A stretch of 64,000 bases of DNA from an uncultured bacterium (GCA_963834265.1 CAWIAU010000002.1:75929-139928), one strand, 5' to 3'; counted from the stretch's first letter, positions 9,835-19,038 are shown. Notes: a model not told the origin generated them from the sequence alone. Numbers and translations are program-made.

Positions 9835-11019
9835 ATGTGTATTATGAATACACCTCTTGCAGAGAAAATGCGTCCGCAAACTCTGAGCGATGTTGTGGGC
9901 CAGGAACATTTACTGGCATCAGGGCAAATTATCAGAGAAATTATCAGGAGCAAAAGACCTGCAAGTCTGATTCTGTGGGGACCTCCCGGTAGTGGCAAAA
10001 CAACCCTGGGCAGGATTATTGCTAATGAAACGGACGCAAAATTTATTGAGATTAGTGCTGTCATGGCCGGCAAAGCCGACATTACCCGCATAATTGAAGA
10101 TGCGCAGGTCTATCAGCGTCTGGGAGAGAAAACTGTTCTTTTTGTTGACGAAATTCATCGATTTTCCAAATCCCAGCAAGATACCTTTCTGCCGTACGTT
10201 GAGGACGGAACTATTATATTGATCGGGGCTACGACCGAGAATCCGGGCTTTGAAGTAATAACCCCGTTACTTAGCCGTTCACGCGTATTGGTACTGGAGC
10301 CATTGGATAAAGCAAACATAGAAAAAATTATCAGGAAAGCCGCTAAATCTGAAAAGCTGAGCGCAAAACGGCTGCCCTCCAAAAGTATAGCTTTACTAGC
10401 TGAGCTTTCCGGCGGCGATGCCCGCGTAGCCCTGGGAAATCTGGAATTGGCACTGCAATTAAGCAACGGTCCGGTTACACCAGCTATCGTAGAAACAGCT
10501 GCTCAAAAGCGGGTGCCCGGATACGACAAGAACGGCGAAATGCACTATAACATCGTCAGCGCCTTCATCAAATCAATGCGCGGTAGCGATGCCAATGCGG
10601 CCCTTTACTACATGGCCCGTATGCTTGCGAGCGGAGAAGATCCCAAATTTATTGCCCGCCGGATGGTAATTTTTGCCAGTGAAGATATCGGTATTGCTTC
10701 ATCACCGGCACTTAATCTTGCTGTTTCAACATTTGAAGCAGTAGAACAAATCGGAATGCCTGAATGTCAATATAATCTCTTTCACTGTGCTTTAGTACTG
10801 GCCAAATGTCAGAAATCACGCGTAGTAGCAGAGGCTATGAGCGCGGCATTGTTAGCAGCAAAACAGTATCCTGACCTATCCGTACCTTTGCACCTGAGAA
10901 ACGCCCCTACAAAACTTATGAAAGATTTAGGTTATGGCAAAGGCACTAAATGGGAAGCAGAATTCAAACACCCAAAAGGCTTCCTGCCGGAAGACATTAA
11001 AGATCTGGATCTATTCTGA
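9835..11019 (+). CDS. rarA: Replication-associated recombination protein A (RarA/MgsA AAA+ ATPase)
   Basis: Shows LAEKMRPQTLSDVVGQEHL, Walker A GPPGSGKTT, Walker B VLFVDEIHRF, and the MgsA C-terminal domain (HYNIVSAFIKSMRGSD). An alternative start is at 9844. Confidence 0.9.
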   Translation: MCIMNTPLAEKMRPQTLSDVVGQEHLLASGQIIREIIRSKRPASLILWGPPGSGKTTLGRIIANETDAKFIEISAVMAGKADITRIIEDAQVYQRLGEKTVLFVDEIHRFSKSQQDTFLPYVEDGTIILIGATTENPGFEVITPLLSRSRVLVLEPLDKANIEKIIRKAAKSEKLSAKRLPSKSIALLAELSGGDARVALGNLELALQLSNGPVTPAIVETAAQKRVPGYDKNGEMHYNIVSAFIKSMRGSDANAALYYMARMLASGEDPKFIARRMVIFASEDIGIASSPALNLAVSTFEAVEQIGMPECQYNLFHCALVLAKCQKSRVVAEAMSAALLAAKQYPDLSVPLHLRNAPTKLMKDLGYGKGTKWEAEFKHPKGFLPEDIKDLDLF

Positions 11020-11122
11020 GGGTATAGCAGAACGTACAATATATAACTTCTTACCAGGGTATACTACAGGTAAGGGTTACGGGAAACCCGTGTGTTGATG
11101 TTGCTCAGAATTCAGGAGGCTT

Positions 11123-13318
11123 ATGGATAAACAGAAATTTATTATCGTATCAAATCGATTGCCGATTAGCGTTGCCAAAGTTGACGGCAAACTTGTGTAT
11201 ACCTCCAGCCCGGGCGGATTAGCTACAGCTATGTCGTCACTAGGCAAAGATCCTTCAAAACGACTTTGGATCGGTTGGCCGGGTATTGCTTCTGATGATC
11301 TTACAACAGCAGAGAGACGTCAGATAACTAAAAGACTGCTGGCAGAGAACTACTATCCGGTATTTTTGACTGGTCAGCAGATTGCCGGTTTTTATGATGG
11401 TTACAGCAACGAGACAATATGGCCGTTGTTTCATTATTTTCAGGCTCACACCCAATACAGCGATACTTACTGGCAGGCCTACAAAGAAATTAATAATCTG
11501 TTCAAAATAGCAGTTACAAAAAACGCCCATAGCCGTGCAACTGTATGGGTACATGATTACCACCTGATGTTACTCCCTCAAATGCTCAGAACTATGCTTC
11601 CTAAAAGCTCTATTGGTTTTTTCCTGCATATTCCCTTCCCTTCTTTTGAACTTTTCCGCTTGTTGCCCAATCGCAAAGAAATTATTGACGGTTTGCTCGG
11701 AGCCAACTTAATTGGTTTTCATACTTATGATTATGTACGGCATTTTATAAACAGCGTTGTGCGTACTACCGGCTTTGAAAGTGAGCGGGGCGTTATTATG
11801 CTTGACGAGCGAACAGTCGTTGTGGACGCCTTTCCGATAGGCATTGACTATAAGAAGTTCACGGAAACCCTTGAAAGCCCGGAGACAAAAAAGGAAATTA
11901 AAATACTGCAGGACCACTATAAGGATACACAGATTATACTGTCAGTCGATAGATTGGATTACTCAAAAGGGATCATTAAGCGGCTCGAGGCATTCGAGCA
12001 ATTTCTGGAAAAGTATACACAGTTTCACAAAAAAGTCGTCCTTATTGTGATCGCTGTTCCTTCCAGAACTGATGTAGAAGCATATAAAAAGCTACGACGT
12101 ACTATCGAAGAGTCAGTGAGCCGGATCAATGGAATGTATGGCACTGTTGACTGGACACCCATTTCCTACCAGTTCAAGAACCTGGACTTTGTGCCATTGG
12201 TGGCACTATATGCACGGGCTGACTTAGCTATGGTAACTCCTCTCCGTGATGGTATGAATCTGGTTGCTAAAGAATATATCGCTTCCAAGCAACACTCTAC
12301 AGGCGTGTTAATTCTCAGCGAGCTTACAGGCGCCGTTGATGAGCTGCCGGAAGCGCTTCGCATTAATCCGAATGATACGCTATCGATTGTCCGCGCTATT
12401 AAGCATGCACTCACTATGCCAAAGATTACCCAGCTGGAGAAACTTGCATCAATGCAGAACCGTTTATCAAGTTATACCGTACAAAAATGGGCAGCCGATT
12501 TTATACACCAGCTGGAGTTATCGAATCGTACACAGATTGAACGCTATGACAAATTATTAACAGTAACAGAACAAAAAGAAATAGTTCAGGCATACAAAAA
12601 AGCAAAGCATCGTACCTTACTGCTGGATTACGATGGTACGCTATCCGCTTTCGTATCAAGTCCTATGCATACTAAAGCAGCACCATCAAAAACTCTGCTT
12701 CAAGTTCTGAAAGCATTAATCGATCAACCAAACACCACACTTTACATTATCAGCGGGCGGACAAGAGAGGCGCTGGATGAATGGTTCGGTCATCTGCCAA
12801 TCTCGTTGGTTGCAGAACATGGATTCTGGGTCAAACAAGGCGATACCTGGGCACAGGAAGATGTATCATTCAGGAAGCATAAGCAGGATGTATTACGCAT
12901 AATGCAAAGTTATGCGGAAAGAACACCCGGTGCCGTAATTGAAGAAAAGAATTTTTCGGTTGTATGGCATTACCGCAACACTCCGCCGGAACTTGCGTAT
13001 GCACGTAATGCAAGTTTACGGCACGATCTGCGCAATCTGTTGTCTGATAGTGATATCCGTGTTCTTGGTGGCAGCAAGATTATTGAAGTCAAGCCTCACG
13101 GCACAAACAAAGGTACGGTAGTGAGTGAGTTATTATTCGAAAATCAGTCCGATTTTGTTTTATCAGTTGGCGATGATGATACAGATGAAGATATGTTCGA
13201 AGTCCTGCCCGGATCGGCGTATTCGATAAAAGTAGGCCTCGGCAACACACGGGCCCGCTACCAGGTAGCATCAGTCAGCAAAGTCATAAATCTCCTCAAA
13301 ACCCTGTCTCAATCTTAA
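11123..13318 (+). CDS. Bifunctional trehalose-6-phosphate synthase / trehalose-6-phosphate phosphatase (GT20 + HAD fusion)
   Basis: 731 aa. The N-terminal ~470 aa are OtsA-like (VSNRLP, WVHDYHL, LRDGMNLVAKEY). The C-terminal part is HAD/OtsB-like (LLLDYDGTL ... GDDDTDEDMF). Confidence 0.9.
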   Translation: MDKQKFIIVSNRLPISVAKVDGKLVYTSSPGGLATAMSSLGKDPSKRLWIGWPGIASDDLTTAERRQITKRLLAENYYPVFLTGQQIAGFYDGYSNETIWPLFHYFQAHTQYSDTYWQAYKEINNLFKIAVTKNAHSRATVWVHDYHLMLLPQMLRTMLPKSSIGFFLHIPFPSFELFRLLPNRKEIIDGLLGANLIGFHTYDYVRHFINSVVRTTGFESERGVIMLDERTVVVDAFPIGIDYKKFTETLESPETKKEIKILQDHYKDTQIILSVDRLDYSKGIIKRLEAFEQFLEKYTQFHKKVVLIVIAVPSRTDVEAYKKLRRTIEESVSRINGMYGTVDWTPISYQFKNLDFVPLVALYARADLAMVTPLRDGMNLVAKEYIASKQHSTGVLILSELTGAVDELPEALRINPNDTLSIVRAIKHALTMPKITQLEKLASMQNRLSSYTVQKWAADFIHQLELSNRTQIERYDKLLTVTEQKEIVQAYKKAKHRTLLLDYDGTLSAFVSSPMHTKAAPSKTLLQVLKALIDQPNTTLYIISGRTREALDEWFGHLPISLVAEHGFWVKQGDTWAQEDVSFRKHKQDVLRIMQSYAERTPGAVIEEKNFSVVWHYRNTPPELAYARNASLRHDLRNLLSDSDIRVLGGSKIIEVKPHGTNKGTVVSELLFENQSDFVLSVGDDDTDEDMFEVLPGSAYSIKVGLGNTRARYQVASVSKVINLLKTLSQS

Positions 13319-13390
13319 GGAATTCTTTTGCAAAGAATCAAAACGTATCTTTTTTTGATAAAAAGACATGTTCTTCCGACGAAGAACCAA

Positions 13391-13640
13391 GTCGATACTT
13401 TTGTCTCCAGCAACAAAAGTATCCAAAAACGCCGCAGGCTTGAAAAGCTCTTTATGGTCTCATTGCCAAAGCCAACAATGCCTTGGACGACTCCTTCCGG
13501 TCGGTCCGAACTTTTATTAAGCTCTAAGGAATAAGTTCGGACTGGGTCCAAGGACTAGAATTGTTGTTTTGGCACTCGCCCATCAGGAGCTTCTCAGGCC
13601 TGGAGGGATCCAAGGAAAAATTACTAAAGATAGTTTTGGT
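13391..13640 (+). repeat. Left arm of a long imperfect inverted repeat; candidate structured RNA element (copy 1, sense to otsAB)
   Basis: Reverse-complementary to 14561-14803 in two conserved blocks that flank a copy-specific hairpin. Several internal helices are preserved by compensatory changes (see findings). Confidence 0.75.
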
Positions 13641-13747
13641 TTATAAAACGGCGTTTACTCAGATATGACTCCGCTCAGTACGATTGGTCTCAATCGGTTT
13701 CGTTTAACGCCGGGTATCAAACTATTCTAATTTTTAGAAAAATACTA

Positions 13748-13776
13748 TTGATTAAATAGCAATTGTGTGTTATTTT
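13748..13776 (+). promoter_or_regulatory. Candidate sigma70-type promoter (TTGATT - 17 nt - TGtTATTTT) giving a leaderless or near-leaderless transcript
   Basis: The -35-like TTGATT is at 13748-13753 and the extended -10-like TGTTATTTT ends at 13776. The ATG at 13782 is only 5 nt downstream, and no Shine-Dalgarno sequence is present. Confidence 0.4.
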
Positions 13777-13781
13777 AAAAA

Positions 13782-14455
13782 ATGACCCCCCCCATAACAA
13801 TAGATCCTGCCTTAGCCGCGGTAATTGAGGCTGCTAGGGAACCTTATGTAAAATTTGCGGAAGTAGCAGAAAAAGATGGTGTTAATCCGTTACCTATTCA
13901 AGAATTAGCTCAACAGGTAGGATATACAGCGGGATTGGCTTTTGTCCGGAATCTTGCTGTACAGTTGAGTCGATAAGAATAGCTGAAGAAATAGCAGACC
14001 GAAGTACTGCTCCGCAAAGTTATGCATTTATACCTTACACTCCTTACGAGATTACCGCTAGAACACTAACCGCAAAGCAGATACAGGAAAGCATACTTGA
14101 TGCCGGCAACGGTAAAGAATTATTAGATGTAGCAGCAGGCGTTATTGCTACGACTGATACTTTTACTAATGCCTACCTAACAACCGAAGCCAAAATTTCT
14201 AGACCATCGAGTATAGCTGCTATAAAGTTCATGCGTTCTAATGGTTTGATAGAAGATGTTGATCATCCAGAGAAAAAGAAAAATAAAAAATTTCGGCGAA
14301 CACCAATTTTTGATGAGTATGTTGGGTGTCTTCCAGCTTGGCAAAGAGAAATAAAACTTAGAACCCTTGAACATAAACTAGGCATGAACAGAGAAGGTGT
14401 GCTGGACTATTTAATTACTCTGGGCGGATTAATAGTTTCACCAGAACAAGAATAA
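13782..14455 (+). CDS. Hypothetical protein (~224 aa if joined) split over two frames; starts with a C8 homopolymer
   Basis: The 13782-13976 ORF (64 aa) overlaps a second frame that is open from 13886 to 14455, and the two read as one protein if a 1-nt shift occurs near 13886-13976. A C8 tract sits at 13786-13793, directly after the ATG. I recognise no family. Confidence 0.45.
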
Positions 14456-14560
14456 AGCTTTAATACTCGGATCCTGACAAGTATTTCCAAGAATGGATCA
14501 GCGCACAATCACGCTGGTTTATGTCATTGATTACTAAGCAGTTGTTTTTTTATAATAAAT

Positions 14561-14803
14561 CAAAATTATCTTTAGTAATTTTTCCTTGGATCCCTTCAGG
14601 CCTGAAAAGTTCCTGAGGGGCGAGTGTCGAAAGCACAATTATTAGCGAGGGGGTGTTTGAAGCTGTTTCACTCATTAGAAATTAATAGAAGAAACAGCAA
14701 GTTACTCGAGCATTGTGCTTTTCGACAATGAGACCATAACGAGCTTTTAAAGCCCGCGGCTCTTTTGGATACTTTTGCAGCTGCAGGGAAAAGTATCTCG
14801 AGT
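14561..14803 (-). repeat. Right arm of the long imperfect inverted repeat; candidate structured RNA element (copy 2, sense to metK)
   Basis: Its reverse complement aligns with 13391-13640. It lies directly 3' of the metK stop (14881) on the minus strand. Confidence 0.75.
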
Positions 14804-14880
14804 GGACTGCGAAGCAGGCTAATTGAAACTGGATTTATCTAATCACTAAACCCTAAAACCTAACCACTTTTCAAAACTTT

Positions 14881-15999
14881 TTAAACTTTTACGGTTTGCT
14901 CCCATGGGAGGTCTTCTTTGCCGAAGTGGCCGTAGGCAGCCGTTTGAGAGTAAATTGGGCGGCGTAGGTCCAGCTTTTCTATAATTCCCCGGACAGATGT
15001 ATCGATTAACTTGTCTTTAAATGTGTATAGTTCATCGTCACCCACAGCAGCAGTACCAAATGTTTCGATTGTCTGCATCAGTGGCAAAGGCTGTCCGATA
15101 ACGTATGCCAGGCCGACCTCACACTTTGTCGCCATACCAGCAGCTACAATATTTTTTGCGATATAGCGGGCTGCATAAGCTCCGGAGCGATCCACCTTAG
15201 ATGGATCTTTACCACTGAATGCGCCGCCGCCTACACGGGCATAGCCGCCGTAAGTATCGACGACAATCTTGCGTCCCGTTAATCCTGCATCCGATTCAGG
15301 TCCCGGAATATGCCACAAGCCAGTACCATTTATCGTAATATTTTCGTCACGGGGAATGTTAAAGCCGTATTTTTCCAGAACCGGTTTAAAGACCGAGTTG
15401 ATCACATCGGAGTGAACCTGTTCCGGTGATGTAGTTTCGTCGTGAGCAACAGCAGCAACTATTTTTTCAATCGAAACCGGTTTGTCTCCCTCATATCGTA
15501 CGGTGACCTGAGCTTTTCCGTCGGGACGGAGCCACTTTAGTTCACCGTTTATACGTGCCTCATCAATACGGCGCGTCAATGCGTGTGCCAGACAAATCGG
15601 TAGCGGCATCAGCTCGGGTGTCTCGTTGCAGGCATAACCAAACATCATACCCTGATCGCCGGCACCATCCTGATCAACACCTTGAGCAATTTCCGGAGAT
15701 TGCTGATGTACGTCATTTCCAAATACTGACTCCTGACTAAATCCCCAGGCCGGATTGGTATAGCCGAGTTCTTTGACTTTATCGCGGGCAATTTTTTCAA
15801 AATTGAGTTTAGCGGTCGTTCTGATCTCTCCGAATAAGCATATCTGATTAGCGCCGGCTACAGTTTCGATACCGGTTCGGCTATACGGATCCTGTTTTAG
15901 TGCTGCATCTAAAATTGCGTCGCTAATCGCGTCACAAATTTTGTCCGGATGGCCTGCGCATACTGACTCACTCGTAAACAGTTTAATGATGGCTGGCAT
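14881..15999 (-). CDS. metK: S-adenosylmethionine synthase
   Basis: Shows FTSESVCAGHPDKICD, GAGDQGMMFGYA and GGGAFSGKDPSKVDRS motifs. The ATG at 15999 follows a GGGGGAAGG Shine-Dalgarno sequence. The ORF-track start at 16017 is an upstream GTG. Confidence 0.95.
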   Translation of the reverse strand: MPAIIKLFTSESVCAGHPDKICDAISDAILDAALKQDPYSRTGIETVAGANQICLFGEIRTTAKLNFEKIARDKVKELGYTNPAWGFSQESVFGNDVHQQSPEIAQGVDQDGAGDQGMMFGYACNETPELMPLPICLAHALTRRIDEARINGELKWLRPDGKAQVTVRYEGDKPVSIEKIVAAVAHDETTSPEQVHSDVINSVFKPVLEKYGFNIPRDENITINGTGLWHIPGPESDAGLTGRKIVVDTYGGYARVGGGAFSGKDPSKVDRSGAYAARYIAKNIVAAGMATKCEVGLAYVIGQPLPLMQTIETFGTAAVGDDELYTFKDKLIDTSVRGIIEKLDLRRPIYSQTAAYGHFGKEDLPWEQTVKV

Positions 16000-16040
16000 A
16001 AAAAATCCTTCCCCCACACATACAGAGAAAGGATATCAAA

Positions 16041-16142
16041 CCGGATATCTTCCCCTTATTGCGGGACCAGATGGAGCACCCAACTTAAACGGGTTGCCGG
16101 CGGTTCAACAAGCTGGATCTCTCCCCGCACTCTTTATATCTG
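16041..16142 (-). promoter_or_regulatory. SAM-I-clan riboswitch-like leader of metK
   Basis: The minus-strand RNA is GAUAUAAAGAGUGCGGGGAGAGAUCCAGCUUGUUGAACCGCCGGCAACCCGUUUAAGUUGGGUGCUCCAUCUGGUCCCGCAAUAAGGGGAAGAUAUC. It contains a closing helix GAUAU/AUAUC, an AAGAG junction, UGCGGGG/UCCCGCA pairing, a GAGAGA...UUGAA (k-turn-like) element, and the hallmark CCGGCAACCC-loop-GGGUGC helix with a bulged A. Confidence 0.6.
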
Positions 16143-16171
16143 TTAAATTGTTAAATACAAAAACCTTACCT

Positions 16172-17104
16172 TCAGGCCTCGCCGGTCATCTCGCGTGAAG
16201 TCTTAAATACTTTAGCATAAGTAAGGACTACGCGTCTACGCATTGCCCGGACCATGCGTTTTAATACCCTGAGAACATGAGGAGCCGCATAAAAAGCTCC
16301 TGCCGCGTAGCCGATACCCAGTAGAGCATCAACGACGTAATGCTCGCCCTGATAAACAGTACCGACGTAAATCAAAGCAGGATACAAAAGCGACAAAAAA
16401 CGCCATCGCGATTTGAGCAGAGTAATTATAAAAATTGCAAAAAGAGTTGAGAATGCAGCATGCAAACTCGGGACTGCTGCTACCGGATTGGGTGCAATTT
16501 TATTGTAGAGACTTGGAAAATCGTTCACGCCAAGAGCAAACCATACATCGCTCGAAATCCGCGTAACAGGCTCTATCAGTTTCGCATCACTGGCCATCCA
16601 CGGCGGAGCGGCAGGAAATAAGGCGTACGTTATGAAGCCTCCGATCATAAGCAGGGACAAGCTGGTTATAAAACGCCAGTAATGCCGGGGGAATTTTTTC
16701 CATATCACCACTGCTAGGGCTATAGGAAATACAAAATGCATCATATAAGCCAGATAAAATATAAAGTCGTACCATTGCACCTGACCATTCCACAGCCATT
16801 GCTGAAGGGTTGTTGTTGGTAATACCCCGCCGAACAGCTGGCGATCAAAATCAACCATGAACATAAAGTTTACCTTGTCATTCAGTCCGACAGCTATTCC
16901 CCTGAACGATTCATATATTAGTATAATGGCTACAAACGGCGCGAAGCGTTTAAGCATTTCGACAGCCTGGCTAAAACACATGAATAAAAATGTCAGAAAA
17001 ATCAATAATTTATCAGGAGTCGGAAAGCTGGGTGTCATCGCAAATATGACAGTACAGATAACGACTCCTGCTCCCCCTAAAATCTGAAACATCCGTGCCT
17101 GCAT
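16172..17104 (-). CDS. PAP2-superfamily membrane protein (PAP2_C / phosphoinositol-transferase-like)
   Basis: Polytopic membrane protein carrying PSLHAAFS ... YQGEHYVVDALLG, which are the C2/C3 motifs of the PAP2 superfamily. Confidence 0.7.
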   Translation of the reverse strand: MQARMFQILGGAGVVICTVIFAMTPSFPTPDKLLIFLTFLFMCFSQAVEMLKRFAPFVAIILIYESFRGIAVGLNDKVNFMFMVDFDRQLFGGVLPTTTLQQWLWNGQVQWYDFIFYLAYMMHFVFPIALAVVIWKKFPRHYWRFITSLSLLMIGGFITYALFPAAPPWMASDAKLIEPVTRISSDVWFALGVNDFPSLYNKIAPNPVAAVPSLHAAFSTLFAIFIITLLKSRWRFLSLLYPALIYVGTVYQGEHYVVDALLGIGYAAGAFYAAPHVLRVLKRMVRAMRRRVVLTYAKVFKTSREMTGEA

Positions 17105-17170
17105 TCCTAATATTGTAGCGCACTAAACGTGAGAGTTGGCTGAACAGGTGTGCACGTTTATAATAAATTT

Positions 17171-17929
17171 ATGGCCAAATCAATCATCGATGTAATTGAT
17201 CTGCAAAAAACGTATGGCGACACGGTTGCCGTTAACAGTATAAGTTTTTCTGTCCAAAAAGGCGAAATTTTCGGCATCCTGGGCCCTAATGGCGCAGGCA
17301 AAACAACTACTCTTGAAATGATCGAAACGATGCGCCCTATAGATAACGGCAAAGTTTTGATCGATGGCATTGACGTCGCCAAAAATCCTCAGGCAATCAA
17401 GCACATTATAGGCGTACAACTGCAGAGCACAGCGTTTATGGATAAACTCACTTTGCGTGAACTGTTGATGCTATTTAGTTCATTTTACGGCCATCAGGCA
17501 GATCCTGATAAACTCCTGGAGCAGGTACAGCTTACTGAAAAAACGAAAAGTACTGTTGATACTCTCTCCGGTGGTCAGCTTCAGCGTTTTTCTATTGCCA
17601 CCGCGCTCGTCAACAAACCAAAGGTTATATTTTTGGATGAACCAACAACAGGCCTGGATCCTCAGGCACGTCGTAATCTCTGGGAACTAGTAGCTTCACT
17701 CAAAAGTAGTGGGATAACAGTTCTGATGACCACACACTACATGGAAGAAGCTGAGGTTCTGTGCGAGCGTGTTGCGATCATGGACGGCGGCAATATTATA
17801 ACTATTGATTCGCCCAAAAATCTGGTTAAGCAACTGCTCGGCAGAGGCTTTAAGAAAAAACAACCTGTCGAACAAGCCAGCCTGGAGGATGTATTCATAG
17901 ATTTAACCGGTAAGGAACTGAGGGATTAA
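17171..17929 (+). CDS. ABC transporter ATP-binding protein (ABC-2 type exporter)
   Basis: Shows Walker A GPNGAGKTT, signature LSGGQLQR and Walker B IFLDEPTTGLD. The ATG at 17171 is preferred over the GTG at 17150. Confidence 0.9.
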   Translation: MAKSIIDVIDLQKTYGDTVAVNSISFSVQKGEIFGILGPNGAGKTTTLEMIETMRPIDNGKVLIDGIDVAKNPQAIKHIIGVQLQSTAFMDKLTLRELLMLFSSFYGHQADPDKLLEQVQLTEKTKSTVDTLSGGQLQRFSIATALVNKPKVIFLDEPTTGLDPQARRNLWELVASLKSSGITVLMTTHYMEEAEVLCERVAIMDGGNIITIDSPKNLVKQLLGRGFKKKQPVEQASLEDVFIDLTGKELRD

Positions 17930-17934
17930 TCATA

Positions 17935-19038
17935 ATGTATGCTTACTGGAAAGTAGTTACTAATCTTGCAAAAATGCTTACTAAGGCTTTCTTCCGTGAC
18001 AAGGTAGCGATGTTCTTTACATTTATCTTTCCCTTAATTTTTCTGCTGGTATTTGGTTTTATGAACAAGGGCGACAGTGGTTCAAAGTTTGATGTAGCTA
18101 TAATAAATCAGTCAAATTCTGAGTTTGCCAAAGAATTTATTGACCAAAGCAAAAAAAGTAACTTTATAACCGAAAAACCGGTCCGGTCACTGGAGGATGC
18201 GAAACAAAAGATGTCCAGGGGGCAATTAGATACCGTTTTGCTGCTACCGCCGGAATTCGGTCAGCTCAATGACAAACAACAGCCAAATGGTAAAGCCGTC
18301 GTTTTTGTTGATCCGGGTAGTCCGCAGACTGGCCAGACTTTCGCATCAATAATGGAGGGTACTCTGGGGGATATAGACATTGAGATAACGAAGCAACCAA
18401 AGTTATTTACTGTAGAGCAACGCTCTACCGATACGAAGGGTTTGAGTGCTTTTGACTATACATTTGCCGGCATCCTTGCGTTCTCACTACTATCGCTCGG
18501 GCTTTTCGGACCGACAAACTCCCTGCCGGTAATGAAAAAACAAGGCATCCTGCGCCGGCTGCGTACTACACCGCTAAGGGTGTCGCAGTTTATGTTCGGC
18601 AACGTTCTGAACTATTTGCTGATCGGAATAATTTCTACAATATTTTTATTCATCGTAGGACTTACTGTCTTTGATTTCCGTATGCAGGGAGATTACTTGT
18701 CATTTGCTGCCATTACGGCTCTGGGTATCATTCTGACATTTGGCTTCGGGCTGGCAATCGGAGGCTGGGCAAAGAACGAGAATCAGGCGGCACCGATCAC
18801 CCAGCTGGTATTTTTTCCTATGATATTCCTCACCGGCATATTTTTCCCCCGGTTTTTAATGCCGGAATGGCTGCAGAATATATCGGCGCTTTTGCCACTT
18901 ACGCCGATTGCTGACGGAATACGTTTTATAATTGTTGAAGGCAGATCCCTGCTTGACCTTGGTCCACAACTGGCTCTGATAGCTGGATGGACTATTCTGA
19001 TCTATGCAATTGCCTTCCGTGTATTCAGATGGGAGTAG
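17935..19038 (+). CDS. ABC-2 family transporter permease
   Basis: 367 aa with an N-terminal TM helix, a large extracytoplasmic loop and a C-terminal 5-TM ABC-2 core. It follows the ATPase after a 5-nt gap. Confidence 0.85.
   Translation: MYAYWKVVTNLAKMLTKAFFRDKVAMFFTFIFPLIFLLVFGFMNKGDSGSKFDVAIINQSNSEFAKEFIDQSKKSNFITEKPVRSLEDAKQKMSRGQLDTVLLLPPEFGQLNDKQQPNGKAVVFVDPGSPQTGQTFASIMEGTLGDIDIEITKQPKLFTVEQRSTDTKGLSAFDYTFAGILAFSLLSLGLFGPTNSLPVMKKQGILRRLRTTPLRVSQFMFGNVLNYLLIGIISTIFLFIVGLTVFDFRMQGDYLSFAAITALGIILTFGFGLAIGGWAKNENQAAPITQLVFFPMIFLTGIFFPRFLMPEWLQNISALLPLTPIADGIRFIIVEGRSLLDLGPQLALIAGWTILIYAIAFRVFRWE

Noticed and set aside
13315-13551. ORFs of 78 aa (-) and 68 aa (+) directly after otsAB
   Set aside because: Both lie within the left inverted-repeat arm, where the sequence is dominated by hairpins. 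They have no Shine-Dalgarno sequence, and the equivalent right arm does not conserve either frame.
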